DNA of 64,000 nucleotides from Vicinamibacterales bacterium (GTDB lineage Bacteria; Acidobacteriota; Vicinamibacteria; Vicinamibacterales; UBA2999): NCBI GenBank assembly GCA_050250645.1, contig JBFWOG010000017.1, positions 49,006 to 113,005 of the forward strand, read 5' to 3'. Shown piece by piece: positions 55,563 to 64,000 of this stretch (position 1 is its first letter; each line of letters starts with the position of its first letter). The notes under the pieces were generated by a model. It saw only the letters and a program-made list of their open reading frames with translations, ran no database searches and was not told where the DNA came from. The position numbers and the translations under genes were made by a program.

Positions 55563-58055
55563 ATGAACCGTCTCGCGGTCTTCGCGTTCCTCTTGCTCTG
55601 CAGTCCCCCGCTCGCCCTCGCGCAGCAGGCGCCGGCCGCCACCGTGGCGGAGCGCACCGCCGGGCTGCCGCGGACGGACGGCTACGTCCCCTTCTACTGG
55701 GACCAGGCGCGCGGCCGGGTCCTCATGGAGGTGCCGGCCTTCGACGAGGACATCCTTTACTACGTGTCGGCCGCCAGCGGCGGCGGGTCGGTGGAGATGT
55801 CCTTCGACCGCGGCATCATGAAGTCGAGCGTGGTCCACTTCCACCGCTCGGGACCGCGCGTGCTGGTCGTCGAGCAGAACCTCCGCTACCGCGCGCCGGA
55901 GGGCAGCGAGGCGCTCAAGGAGAACGTCCGCGACTCGTTCCCGACGTCGGTGCTCGCGGGCCTGCCGGTCGAGGCCGACGAGAACGGCCGCGTGCTCGTG
56001 GACGCCACGCCCCTCTTCATGCGCGACGCCGGCGACGTCGTCGGTGAGCTGCGGAGCAGCAACCAGGGCGCCTTCCGGCTCGACCTCGCGCGGAGCGGCT
56101 TCTACCCGAAGCGGATGAAGGCGTTCCCCGACAACACCGAGATCGAGACCATCATGACGTTCGCGGCCGACACGCCGGGCCGGCTGGTGGCCAACGTCAC
56201 GCCCGACGCGCAGGCGTTCACGCTCCGCATCCACCACTCGTTCCTCCGCGCGCCGACCGGCTACACGCCCCGGCGCGCCGACCCGCGCATCGGGGTCAGC
56301 TCGATCCGCTTCCGCGACTACGCGAAGCCGTTCAACGAGCACCCCGAGGTCGAGTGGATCACGCGCTGGCGCCTCGAGAAGCAGAACCCGGGCGCCGCGA
56401 TGAGCGAGCCGAAGAAGCCGATCGTCTTCTACCTCGACGCGGCGATCCCCGAGCCGATCCGGAGCGCGATGCGCGACGGGGCGCTTGCCTGGAACAAGGC
56501 GTACGAGGCGGCCGGGTTCAGGAACGCCGTGCAGGTGAAGGACCCGACGCCGGACATGGATCCGATGGACATCCGCTACGCGTGGATCCTCTGGATCAAC
56601 CGCGACGAGCGCGGCTTCTCGAGCGGCGGCACCTTCCGCGACCCGCGCACGGGCGAGATCCTCGGGTCGAAGACCCGGATGGACTCCCACCGCATCCGCA
56701 CGATCGGCAACTACTTCGAGGCCTACACGCCCATGACGGGCGCCGGGGCCGGCGACGATGACGAGGGCGCGGTGCTGTTCGTGCCGGAGGAGCTCGTCCT
56801 GGCGGCGCAGGCCGCGCAGGACCAGCCGATGCCCGCCGCGCAGCTCGAGATGGGCCTGGTGCGGCAGTCGCTGCTCACCTCGCACGAGCTCGGCCACGTC
56901 ATGGGCTTCGGCCACAACTGGGCGTCGAGCATCAACGACCGCGCGTCGGTGATGGAGTACCCGACGCCCCGCGTCAAGGTGACCAACGGGCGGCTCGACC
57001 TCGGCGACGCCTTCGAGGCCAGCACCGGCGCCTACGACGCGTTCATGACCCGCTACGCCTACAGCGAGTTCCCGGCCGCCACCGAGGAGGCCGAGCTCAA
57101 CAAGATCATCGCCGAGATGCGCGCGGCGGGCATCCTCTACGTCCCGTCCACCGACCCGCGCTGGACCTGGTACGACGACCGTTCGACGCCCACCGAGTAC
57201 CTGCGGGAGACGATGGCGGCGCGGACGATCATGCTGGCGCAGTACGGCCCGAACATCCTGCGGCCGGGCGAGCCGATCGGCGGGCTGCGCGACATGCGCC
57301 TCTGGATGACCTACCTCCACCACCGCTGGGCCATCGAGACGGGCCTCGGCTACGTCGGCGGGATGTACCACAACATCGTCGTCAAGGGCGAGACGCTGCC
57401 GCCGACCGAGATCGTCCCGGCGGCGCTCCAGCGCGACGTGCTCGGCCTGCTGATGGAGGCCATCCAGCCGGCGAACATGGCGCTCCCCGAGACGCTGCTC
57501 GCCCAGCTCACGCCCGACCCGGGGAGCAACCTCGAGGACCTCTCGGAGGACTACGCGTTCGACCACCTGCGGGCCGCGCGGATCCTCTCGGCCATGGTGC
57601 TCGAGCCCCTGCTCGAGCCCGCGCGCGCGGCGCGGCTCGTCGCCTTCGCCGACCGCCAGCCGGGCGCGCTGTCGCTGCCCGAGGTCGTGGACGCGGTGCT
57701 GGCGGCGACCTGGCGCGCGCCGGCGGACACCGACCCGAAGATGGCGTCGCTCCGCCGCGTCAGCCGCGGCGTGGCGCTCGACGCGCTGATGATCCTCGGC
57801 GGCCACGCCGACACGAGCCCGGAGGTCCGCGCCTACGTCCTCGACCAGGTCGCGAAGCTCGGCGCGTCGCTCGGCGGCCGCACCGACCAGAACCCCCTGA
57901 CCGAGGCGCAGTACCGCCAGGCCGAGCGCGACATCGCGCACTACCTGGAGAACCCGACCGCGAACGCCCCGAAGACCGCGCTGCCCGGCTGGGGCAGCCG
58001 GCCGCGCTCGCGCTACCCGCTGCCGCCCGGACCGCCGCTCGGGGGCGGAAACTAG
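55563..58055 (+). CDS. Zinc-dependent metzincin metalloprotease (DUF5117/DUF4953, EcxA-like), exported
   Basis: Signal peptide; PRRADPRIG, RWRLEK, KPIVFYLD, DPRTGEI, HELGHVMGFGHN, Met-turn ASVMEY. Confidence 0.93.
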   Translation: MNRLAVFAFLLLCSPPLALAQQAPAATVAERTAGLPRTDGYVPFYWDQARGRVLMEVPAFDEDILYYVSAASGGGSVEMSFDRGIMKSSVVHFHRSGPRVLVVEQNLRYRAPEGSEALKENVRDSFPTSVLAGLPVEADENGRVLVDATPLFMRDAGDVVGELRSSNQGAFRLDLARSGFYPKRMKAFPDNTEIETIMTFAADTPGRLVANVTPDAQAFTLRIHHSFLRAPTGYTPRRADPRIGVSSIRFRDYAKPFNEHPEVEWITRWRLEKQNPGAAMSEPKKPIVFYLDAAIPEPIRSAMRDGALAWNKAYEAAGFRNAVQVKDPTPDMDPMDIRYAWILWINRDERGFSSGGTFRDPRTGEILGSKTRMDSHRIRTIGNYFEAYTPMTGAGAGDDDEGAVLFVPEELVLAAQAAQDQPMPAAQLEMGLVRQSLLTSHELGHVMGFGHNWASSINDRASVMEYPTPRVKVTNGRLDLGDAFEASTGAYDAFMTRYAYSEFPAATEEAELNKIIAEMRAAGILYVPSTDPRWTWYDDRSTPTEYLRETMAARTIMLAQYGPNILRPGEPIGGLRDMRLWMTYLHHRWAIETGLGYVGGMYHNIVVKGETLPPTEIVPAALQRDVLGLLMEAIQPANMALPETLLAQLTPDPGSNLEDLSEDYAFDHLRAARILSAMVLEPLLEPARAARLVAFADRQPGALSLPEVVDAVLAATWRAPADTDPKMASLRRVSRGVALDALMILGGHADTSPEVRAYVLDQVAKLGASLGGRTDQNPLTEAQYRQAERDIAHYLENPTANAPKTALPGWGSRPRSRYPLPPGPPLGGGN

Positions 58056-58083
58056 GAAGTTAGAAGTTAGAAGTTAGAAGTTA
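58056..58083 (+). repeat. GAAGTTA heptamer x4 directly after the stop codon
   Basis: TAG-GAAGTTA GAAGTTA GAAGTTA GAAGTTA; GGGGGAGG/CCTCCCCC hairpin follows. Confidence 0.9.
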
Positions 58084-58153
58084 GATCGGGCGCGAGACCG
58101 GGGGGAGGTGGCCCTTCGGCCTCGCGCCCCTCCCCCCCACGCGTTCCCCGCGG

Positions 58154-59089
58154 TTACTTCGGCGCCCGGAGGTACTTCAGCAGTTCGCTGTCGGTGCCGA
58201 GGACGAAGATCGTCGAGGCGTCGACGGTACGCTCGTAGGTCTCGAGCGACTTCACGAACGCATAGAAGTCCGGGTCGCGCCCGTAGGCGTCGGCGTAGAT
58301 CGCCGTGGCCTCGGCGTCGGCCTTGCCGCGCAGCTCCTGTGTCGAGCGGTAGGCCTCCGACTGGATGCGCTGCAGGTCGCGCTGCCGCTCGCCCTGGATC
58401 CGCGCCGCCTCGCCCTGGCCCTCCGAGCGGAAGCGCTCGGCGATGCGCTGCCGCTCGGCGATCATCCGGGCGAACACGTCCTTCTCCACCTCGTCCACGT
58501 AGTTGATCCGCTTGAGGCGGATGTCCAGCACCTCGATTCCGAGGTCGAGCGTGCGCGCCCGCGCCGCCTCGAGGATCCCGCTGGCGATCGCGCGGCGCCC
58601 CTTCGCGATCTGCTCGAGGACAACGCTCTCCTCCTCGTTCTCGATCGGCACGCTGTCGGGAGGCCTGTTGGTGCTGCGCACCAGCTCGATCAGGTCGAAG
58701 CTGGCCACCGCGTTGCGGGTCTCGCCGTCGAGGATGTCGTCGAGGCGCGACTGCGCCCCGCGCTCGTCGCGCAGCCGCTGGAAGAACTTGAGCGGATCGG
58801 TGATCCGCCACCGCGCGTACATGTCCACCCAGATGAACCGCTTGTCCTTCGTCGGCATCTGGTTGGGGCTGCCGTCCCACTCGAGGAACCGCTTCTCGAA
58901 GACGTTGGCGGTCTGGATGAGCGGCAGCTTGAAGTGCAGCCCGGGCTCGGTCACGGGACTCCCCTTGGGCTCCCCGAACTGCGTGATGATGACCTGCTCG
59001 GTCTCGCCCACCTGGTAGGCCGCCGACGACCAGACGACGAGCAGGAGCAGGGCGCCCGCGATCCTGACTGCGAGGCTGGAGGAGGTCAT
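58154..59089 (-). CDS. hflC: Protease modulator HflC
   Basis: VGETEQVIITQFG, PGLHFKLP, TKDKRFI.VD.YARWRITDP, RMIAERQRIAERFRSEG, DPDFYAFVKSLETY. Confidence 0.95.
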   Translation of the reverse strand: MTSSSLAVRIAGALLLLVVWSSAAYQVGETEQVIITQFGEPKGSPVTEPGLHFKLPLIQTANVFEKRFLEWDGSPNQMPTKDKRFIWVDMYARWRITDPLKFFQRLRDERGAQSRLDDILDGETRNAVASFDLIELVRSTNRPPDSVPIENEEESVVLEQIAKGRRAIASGILEAARARTLDLGIEVLDIRLKRINYVDEVEKDVFARMIAERQRIAERFRSEGQGEAARIQGERQRDLQRIQSEAYRSTQELRGKADAEATAIYADAYGRDPDFYAFVKSLETYERTVDASTIFVLGTDSELLKYLRAPK

Positions 59090-60138
59090 CGCTGTCCCTC
59101 CGGCTTCGGCGCGGTCCCGGTGAGCAGGTCCTTCAGCCCGTCGAGCGGCAGCAGCGGGATGACGCTGCCCGATCCCTTGTCCATGTACACCTTCGACCCC
59201 AGCTTCGGCAGCACCCGCTGCATCGTCTCGAGGTAGAGGCGGCGGCGCGTGACCTCGGGCGCGCGCCGGTAGGCGTCGTAGGCGGCCTTGAAGCGCGTGG
59301 CGTCGCCCTCGGCGCCGTTGACGCGCTCGAGCGCGTAGCCCTCGGCCTGCAGGATCGCCTGGCCGGCCTCGCCCTTCGCGCGCGGGATCACCTTGTTGTA
59401 CTCGGCCCGCGCCTCGTTGATGAGGCGGTCGCGCTGCTGCTGCGCCTGGTTCACCTCGTCCCAGGACGGCTTCACCGGGTCGGGCGGCGTCACGTCCTGC
59501 AGGACGACCTGCTCGATCACGATGCCCATCTCGTACTGGTTCACCAGCTCCTGCAGCATCTGCTCGGCCGTCGTCGCAATCTCCTGCCGCCCGACGGTCA
59601 GCACCTCGGTGACGGTCCGGTCGCCGACGACCTCGCGCATCACCGCCTCGTTCATGCTCCGGAACGTCTCGGTGAGGCCGCGGAGCTTGAACAGGTAGTT
59701 GTAGGGATCGGTCACGCGGTACTGCACGACCCACTCGACGACCGCCACGTTGAGGTCGCCGGTCAGCATGACCGACTCGTCCGAGAGGGCGTCGGCCGCA
59801 TACCGGGTCTGGATGCCCGGCAGGGTCGTGCGGAACCCGAACTCCTCCTTGAGCTGTCGCTGCACGGGCACGCGCAGCACGTCCTCGACGAAGGGCAGCT
59901 TGAAGTGGAGGCCGGGCTCCGTCGTGCGCACGTTCTTGCCGAAGCGCAGCACGAGGCCGACTTCCTCCGGCTTGATCTGGAAGGCGGTGTTCCCCAGGAC
60001 GATGGCCGCCACGAGGAGCAGCACCACGGTCCTGAGCAGGCCGGGGGTGATCCAGCCCGGCTTCTGGATGCGCCGCACGTCGTTGATGTCGGGGATCCAG
60101 TCGTGAGGCCCGTCCGGGCCTCCATCGTTCATGTTCAT
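59086..60138 (-). CDS. hflK: FtsH protease modulator HflK
   Basis: GLVLRFGK, MLTGDLN, AVMREVVG, DVTPPDPV, IPRAKGEA, AEGDATRF, APEVTRRRLYLETM. Confidence 0.95.
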   Translation of the reverse strand: MNMNDGGPDGPHDWIPDINDVRRIQKPGWITPGLLRTVVLLLVAAIVLGNTAFQIKPEEVGLVLRFGKNVRTTEPGLHFKLPFVEDVLRVPVQRQLKEEFGFRTTLPGIQTRYAADALSDESVMLTGDLNVAVVEWVVQYRVTDPYNYLFKLRGLTETFRSMNEAVMREVVGDRTVTEVLTVGRQEIATTAEQMLQELVNQYEMGIVIEQVVLQDVTPPDPVKPSWDEVNQAQQQRDRLINEARAEYNKVIPRAKGEAGQAILQAEGYALERVNGAEGDATRFKAAYDAYRRAPEVTRRRLYLETMQRVLPKLGSKVYMDKGSGSVIPLLPLDGLKDLLTGTAPKPEGQR

Positions 60139-60192
60139 TGTGACTCCGCCCCGGAGGGTATCAGGTTTCGCGGACGTCACGGCCGGGCCGGC

Positions 60193-61857
60193 TCAGCCGC
60201 GCCCGGGCGCCAGGGCCGCACTCCAGTTCCGTCGATCGACGAACGTCCGCGGCTCGAGCCGCCGGCCCGCAGGGGCCAGCCGCGCGTCACGGCGTGCGCT
60301 CCAGAGCAGCACCGGACCCGCCAGCCTGTCGACCACCGGTGAGAGTCCGCCGATCTCCCGCTCGACGCGCAGCCGCAGGTCGCGGATGCGCTCGCTCACG
60401 GTCCGGTTCGACTCCCGGAGGTACCGCTCCATCGCCCAGAGGGCCGCCCCATAGCCCGTTCGCAACTGCCGCGCCTCACCTGCCACGCGGGCCCGCACGC
60501 GCGGGTCGGGGTCGTCGCGGTAGCGCCGCCAGCCGGTGAACATGCTGGCCATCAGGCGGTAGAGGCTCGGCCCGTTCACCTCGTAGTCGCGCCTGAACGC
60601 GCGGTCGAGGAACGCCTTCGACTGCTCGCGCGAGATCGCCTGGTGGCGGAAGTTGAAGCGGTCCTGCCCGTGGATGTCGGCAAGGTCGACATGCTCGAGC
60701 AGCCGGCCGGCCGCCTCGACCTCGCGGTAGAGGGGCGTGCCCGGCACCGGCGTGTAGAGCATGAACTGGTGGAACACCGTCTCGTGCGCGACGGCGTGAT
60801 CGATGACCTCGACGATGTTGTCCGGCGTGTGGTGCTCCAGGCCGATGATCGTGGACCCGTGAACGCGGATGCCGTGTGCCTGGAGCTCGCGGGCCAGCGC
60901 CTGCGTGTCGGTGCCCTGCAGCTTCCGGTACTGGCTGCCGGACGACTCGAGCCCCAGCCAGATCCACTCGACACCGAGTTCCACGAGCTGGCGCGGGTCG
61001 TACTGCCGGATCGCGTTGGCCGAGGAGAACACGTACAGCGACCACGCCTTGCCGCGCGCCTTCATGAGGTCGAGCAGCTCGAGCGCGCGCTTCCGGTACA
61101 GGAGGAAGTTCTCGTCCATCATGAAGAACGCGCGCGCCCCCAGGCCCTGCTCCGCCTCCGCCATCACCCGGAACACGTCAGCGCCCCGTGGGAGGAAGGT
61201 CACCGACTTCCCCTTGCCGCCGAAGAACTCCGACGTCGTGCAGAAGTTGCAGCCCATCGGGCACCCCACCGACGGGATGATCGTCGCGGCGGCGTTGCCG
61301 CCCCCGCGCGGGGCCGGCAGGCCGAACAGGCGGAAGCCGAACGAGGACGGGATCAGCGGGTGCTCGACAGGCCTGCCGGGGTCCTCGCCGAGGAAGGCGC
61401 GCAGCCAGGCGACCCCCTCGCCCTTGACCACGTGATCGGCGTCGATCATCGTCTCGATCCCGGGGATCGCCGCCACGTGCCCGCCGACCACGATCGTGGC
61501 GCCGGGCGCATGCCGCCGCGCCAGCCGGCACATCTCGCGGATCTTCCCCACGTTGACGATGATGCCCGTCAGCCCGACGACGTCGTAGCCGCCGGTCTCG
61601 AGCTCGCGCACGAAGGCGGCCCGCGTCGGGAAGTCGAGCACCGTGCAGGGCGCGGAGATGTTCCGCTGCAGCAGCATGAGGCTCCACGTCCGGTGGAACA
61701 TCCGGAGCGAGAAGGGCCCCTGCTCGCGGGTGACCTGATTGTGATAGAGCTCGACCGGGTTCATCGCCCGGCTGCCGAACTCATCGTCCTGCGCGAAGGG
61801 TTTGAAGACCGAGGAGAGAAGAATGCGGGCGCGCACGCCCCTGGGATGTGGCTGCAC
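60193..61857 (-). CDS. Cobalamin-binding radical SAM protein
   Basis: B12-binding N-domain (YDVVGL, IVVGGH, VKGEG); GCPMGCNFC; MDENF, GLES; RBS GGAGG before GTG. Confidence 0.92.
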   Translation of the reverse strand: MQPHPRGVRARILLSSVFKPFAQDDEFGSRAMNPVELYHNQVTREQGPFSLRMFHRTWSLMLLQRNISAPCTVLDFPTRAAFVRELETGGYDVVGLTGIIVNVGKIREMCRLARRHAPGATIVVGGHVAAIPGIETMIDADHVVKGEGVAWLRAFLGEDPGRPVEHPLIPSSFGFRLFGLPAPRGGGNAAATIIPSVGCPMGCNFCTTSEFFGGKGKSVTFLPRGADVFRVMAEAEQGLGARAFFMMDENFLLYRKRALELLDLMKARGKAWSLYVFSSANAIRQYDPRQLVELGVEWIWLGLESSGSQYRKLQGTDTQALARELQAHGIRVHGSTIIGLEHHTPDNIVEVIDHAVAHETVFHQFMLYTPVPGTPLYREVEAAGRLLEHVDLADIHGQDRFNFRHQAISREQSKAFLDRAFRRDYEVNGPSLYRLMASMFTGWRRYRDDPDPRVRARVAGEARQLRTGYGAALWAMERYLRESNRTVSERIRDLRLRVEREIGGLSPVVDRLAGPVLLWSARRDARLAPAGRRLEPRTFVDRRNWSAALAPGRG

Positions 61858-61967
61858 GAGCGGACCTCCGCTCCCGATGCTAGCCACACGCGCGCGCGGC
61901 GACTGTAATGGTTGTGTACGAGTTGCGAGGGCGAGTTCGACGCCGGATTCCCGGCAACCGCGCGCCG

Positions 61968-63128
61968 CTACCTCCCGCCGCCCGACACCTTCTTCGGGTT
62001 GACGGCGTTGGCCAGCGCGAGCCTGTTGGCGTGCGTCACGTAGCTGATTTGCAGGTTGTACCCGTTCGGGGTCTCGGTGTGGTAGCTCTTGAACGCGGCC
62101 GTGTGGATCTCGTCGGGCACCCACGTGCCGTCGGGCGCCTTGTGGCGGCTCGACGTGTCGACGGTGGCCTTCAGGCCGCGCTTCTCGAGCTCCGCCTTGA
62201 CGCCGTCGGTGTCCCACGGCTCGATGCCGAACGAGATGTGGTCGATGCCGGTCCGGCGCGCCGGCGCGGATCCGAAGCCGGGGTCGAGCGGGTTGCCGCC
62301 GCGGATGATGATGTCGCCGACGTCGGCGATCATCAGCTCCTGCTGGCTGCCCTCGTCGTAGGTGGGCGCCCAGCCGAGCAGGTTCATGTAGAACGAGACG
62401 CTCTTCTTGTAGTTCGTGGCGCCGAACGAGAGGTGGTCGAGCCACACGGTCTTCCACCCCGTGGCCGCGAAGGCGGCCGTGGCAGCCAGCCGCGCCGTCG
62501 AGGGCGTGCGGCGGGCCCTCGCGTATCCGCCGCCGTTGCTGATCTGGAGGTCGAACCCGTCCGGGTCGTGCACGTGGAAGCTCTCGAACGCGCCGTCGTT
62601 GTCGGCCCGGGGCATCAGGCCGCGCTTCTGGAGGGCCGCCTTGACCTTCGCGGCATCCCACTGGTCGATGGCGAAGCTGAAGCCGTCGACCTTCGCGCGC
62701 CGCGGCCCCCCGCGGCCGCCGGCGGGGGCCTCGTCGTCGAAGGCGCCCGGCGCGGCCTTCCGGAAGACCACCGATCCCCAGTCGCCGATGTCCATCACCG
62801 CCTGCGTCCCATCGTCGCTCCGCAGCGTCCAGCCCATGAGGGCCGCGTAGAACGCCGCCTCGGCCCGGTAATCGGCGACCGAGAAGGTCACGTGGTCGAG
62901 GGCCGCGGTCTTCCAGCCGGTGGGCTCGAACACCGGCGGGATGGGCGAGGTGTCGCACGCCGGCGTCCCGAACGTCGTCATGCAGCGCCCCTGGGCGGAG
63001 AGCGCCGTGCTGCCGAGGACGCCGGCGAGCGGCGCCGTCACCGACACGGCTCCGAGGGTTCGCAGCAGCTCGCGGCGCGAGATCGCGCCACGCAGGGTGC
63101 GGGTGGGCCGGCCGGGCTGGTTGGGCAT
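61968..63128 (-). CDS. Tandem VOC (glyoxalase-like) domain protein with Tat signal
   Basis: ISRRELL; duplicated TGWKT..LDH..F..FY..L.GW modules; HDPDGFDLQI / TPNGYNLQI. Confidence 0.88.
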   Translation of the reverse strand: MPNQPGRPTRTLRGAISRRELLRTLGAVSVTAPLAGVLGSTALSAQGRCMTTFGTPACDTSPIPPVFEPTGWKTAALDHVTFSVADYRAEAAFYAALMGWTLRSDDGTQAVMDIGDWGSVVFRKAAPGAFDDEAPAGGRGGPRRAKVDGFSFAIDQWDAAKVKAALQKRGLMPRADNDGAFESFHVHDPDGFDLQISNGGGYARARRTPSTARLAATAAFAATGWKTVWLDHLSFGATNYKKSVSFYMNLLGWAPTYDEGSQQELMIADVGDIIIRGGNPLDPGFGSAPARRTGIDHISFGIEPWDTDGVKAELEKRGLKATVDTSSRHKAPDGTWVPDEIHTAAFKSYHTETPNGYNLQISYVTHANRLALANAVNPKKVSGGGR

Positions 63129-63266
63129 CGGACCTCTCCTCGGCAGAGGATACGCCCTGCCGGCGGGCAGGCAAGGGAATTTTCGGGCGGGCGCGGCTCG
63201 CGGTAGAGTCTGGGGAGCGCGGAAGGCGGCCGGCGGGTTCCGGCGCCAACCGGCGGGAGGCCCTCC

Positions 63267-64000
63267 ATGGCAGACGACGCTCGCAGTCCCCGACCCGACG
63301 CCCCGTCCAGCACCGACATCTCGCGCCGCGGCTTCGTGGCGCTCACGCTCGGCGCCGGCCTCGCGGCGGCCGCCGACACCCTGGCCGCCTCGGCGGTGCA
63401 GGCGCCGCAGGTGTCGACCGTCAAGGTGCCGACGCCCGACGGGGTGTGCGACGCGGCGTTCATCCACCCGCCGAGCGGCCGGCACGCGGCCGTGATCGTC
63501 TGGCCGGACGCCTTCGGGCTGCGGCCGTCGATGGTCGACATCGGCCGGCGGATCGCGGCCGAGGGCTACACGGTGCTCGTGCCGAACCCGTACTACCGGA
63601 TGACCCCGGCGCCCGGGATCGACATGGCGGGGTTCAGCTTCCAGGACCAGGCCTCGATGGCGAAGCTGCGGCCGCTCATGGGCAGCATCTCGGCGCCCGG
63701 CGCGGGCGAGCGGGACGCGGCGGCGTTCGTCGCCTTCCTCGACGCGCAGCCGCAGGTGGACACGTCGCGGAAGATCGGGACGCAGGGCTACTGCATGGGC
63801 GGGCCGCTCGTGTTCAAGACGGCCGCGGCCGTGCCCGGCCGCGTCGGCGCGGGCGCGTCGTTCCACGGCGGCGGGCTGGTCACCGACCAGCCGACGAGCC
63901 CGCACCTGCTCATCCCGAAGATGCAGGCGCGGCTGTACATCGGCATCGCGGGCAACGACGACCAGCGGCAGCCGGAGGCCAAGGACACGCTCAAGGCGGC
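63267..64000 (+). CDS. Dienelactone hydrolase family protein with Tat signal (runs off window; absent from ORF track)
   Basis: RBS GGGAGG; ISRRGFV; WPDAFGLRP, GYTVLVPNPYYR, GTQGYCMGG, SFHGGGL. Confidence 0.92.
   Translation, partial: MADDARSPRPDAPSSTDISRRGFVALTLGAGLAAAADTLAASAVQAPQVSTVKVPTPDGVCDAAFIHPPSGRHAAVIVWPDAFGLRPSMVDIGRRIAAEGYTVLVPNPYYRMTPAPGIDMAGFSFQDQASMAKLRPLMGSISAPGAGERDAAAFVAFLDAQPQVDTSRKIGTQGYCMGGPLVFKTAAAVPGRVGAGASFHGGGLVTDQPTSPHLLIPKMQARLYIGIAGNDDQRQPEAKDTLKA

Noticed and set aside
1-64000. tRNA, rRNA, IS transposase, integrase or prophage
   Set aside because: No recognisable motifs seen by eye; tRNAscan-SE/Infernal would be needed to exclude small RNAs formally

Overview
Very GC-rich bacterial chromosome segment, most likely Acidobacteriota (Vicinamibacteria-like). 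The assignment is inferred from four PadR + duplicated orphan ABC permease (ADOP) pairs, an Oar-type TonB-dependent receptor, a VPS10/BNR protein and an EcxA-type metalloprotease. About 55 CDS are supported, including rhomboid, glgB, cyclophilin, two two-component systems, cstA with its small partner, a KgtP-like MFS, an IorAB-like molybdoenzyme, a Ca2+/H+ antiporter, hflKC and a B12 radical SAM. No rRNA, tRNA, CRISPR array or transposase was recognised. Best candidate for an undescribed system is 47.6-52.0 kb: a GT2 + GT60 (Gnt1-like, DxH) glycosyltransferase fusion, a Tat-leader protein with a ~107-aa Thr/Pro mucin-like stalk and DNRLRE-like domain, a DxD-less GT2-like protein and a PqqD/RRE protein, together suggesting leader-guided mucin-type O-glycosylation before Tat export. 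Second is 22.6-24.7 kb: a secreted protein ending in a minimal 70-aa, 8-Cys sPLA2-like domain (CCDQHDNCY), followed by a putative lipoprotein. Third, intergenic regions carry several 7-9-mer tandem-repeat families, often as inverted pairs placed at gene 3' ends. All family names come from motifs recognised by eye; no database search was run.
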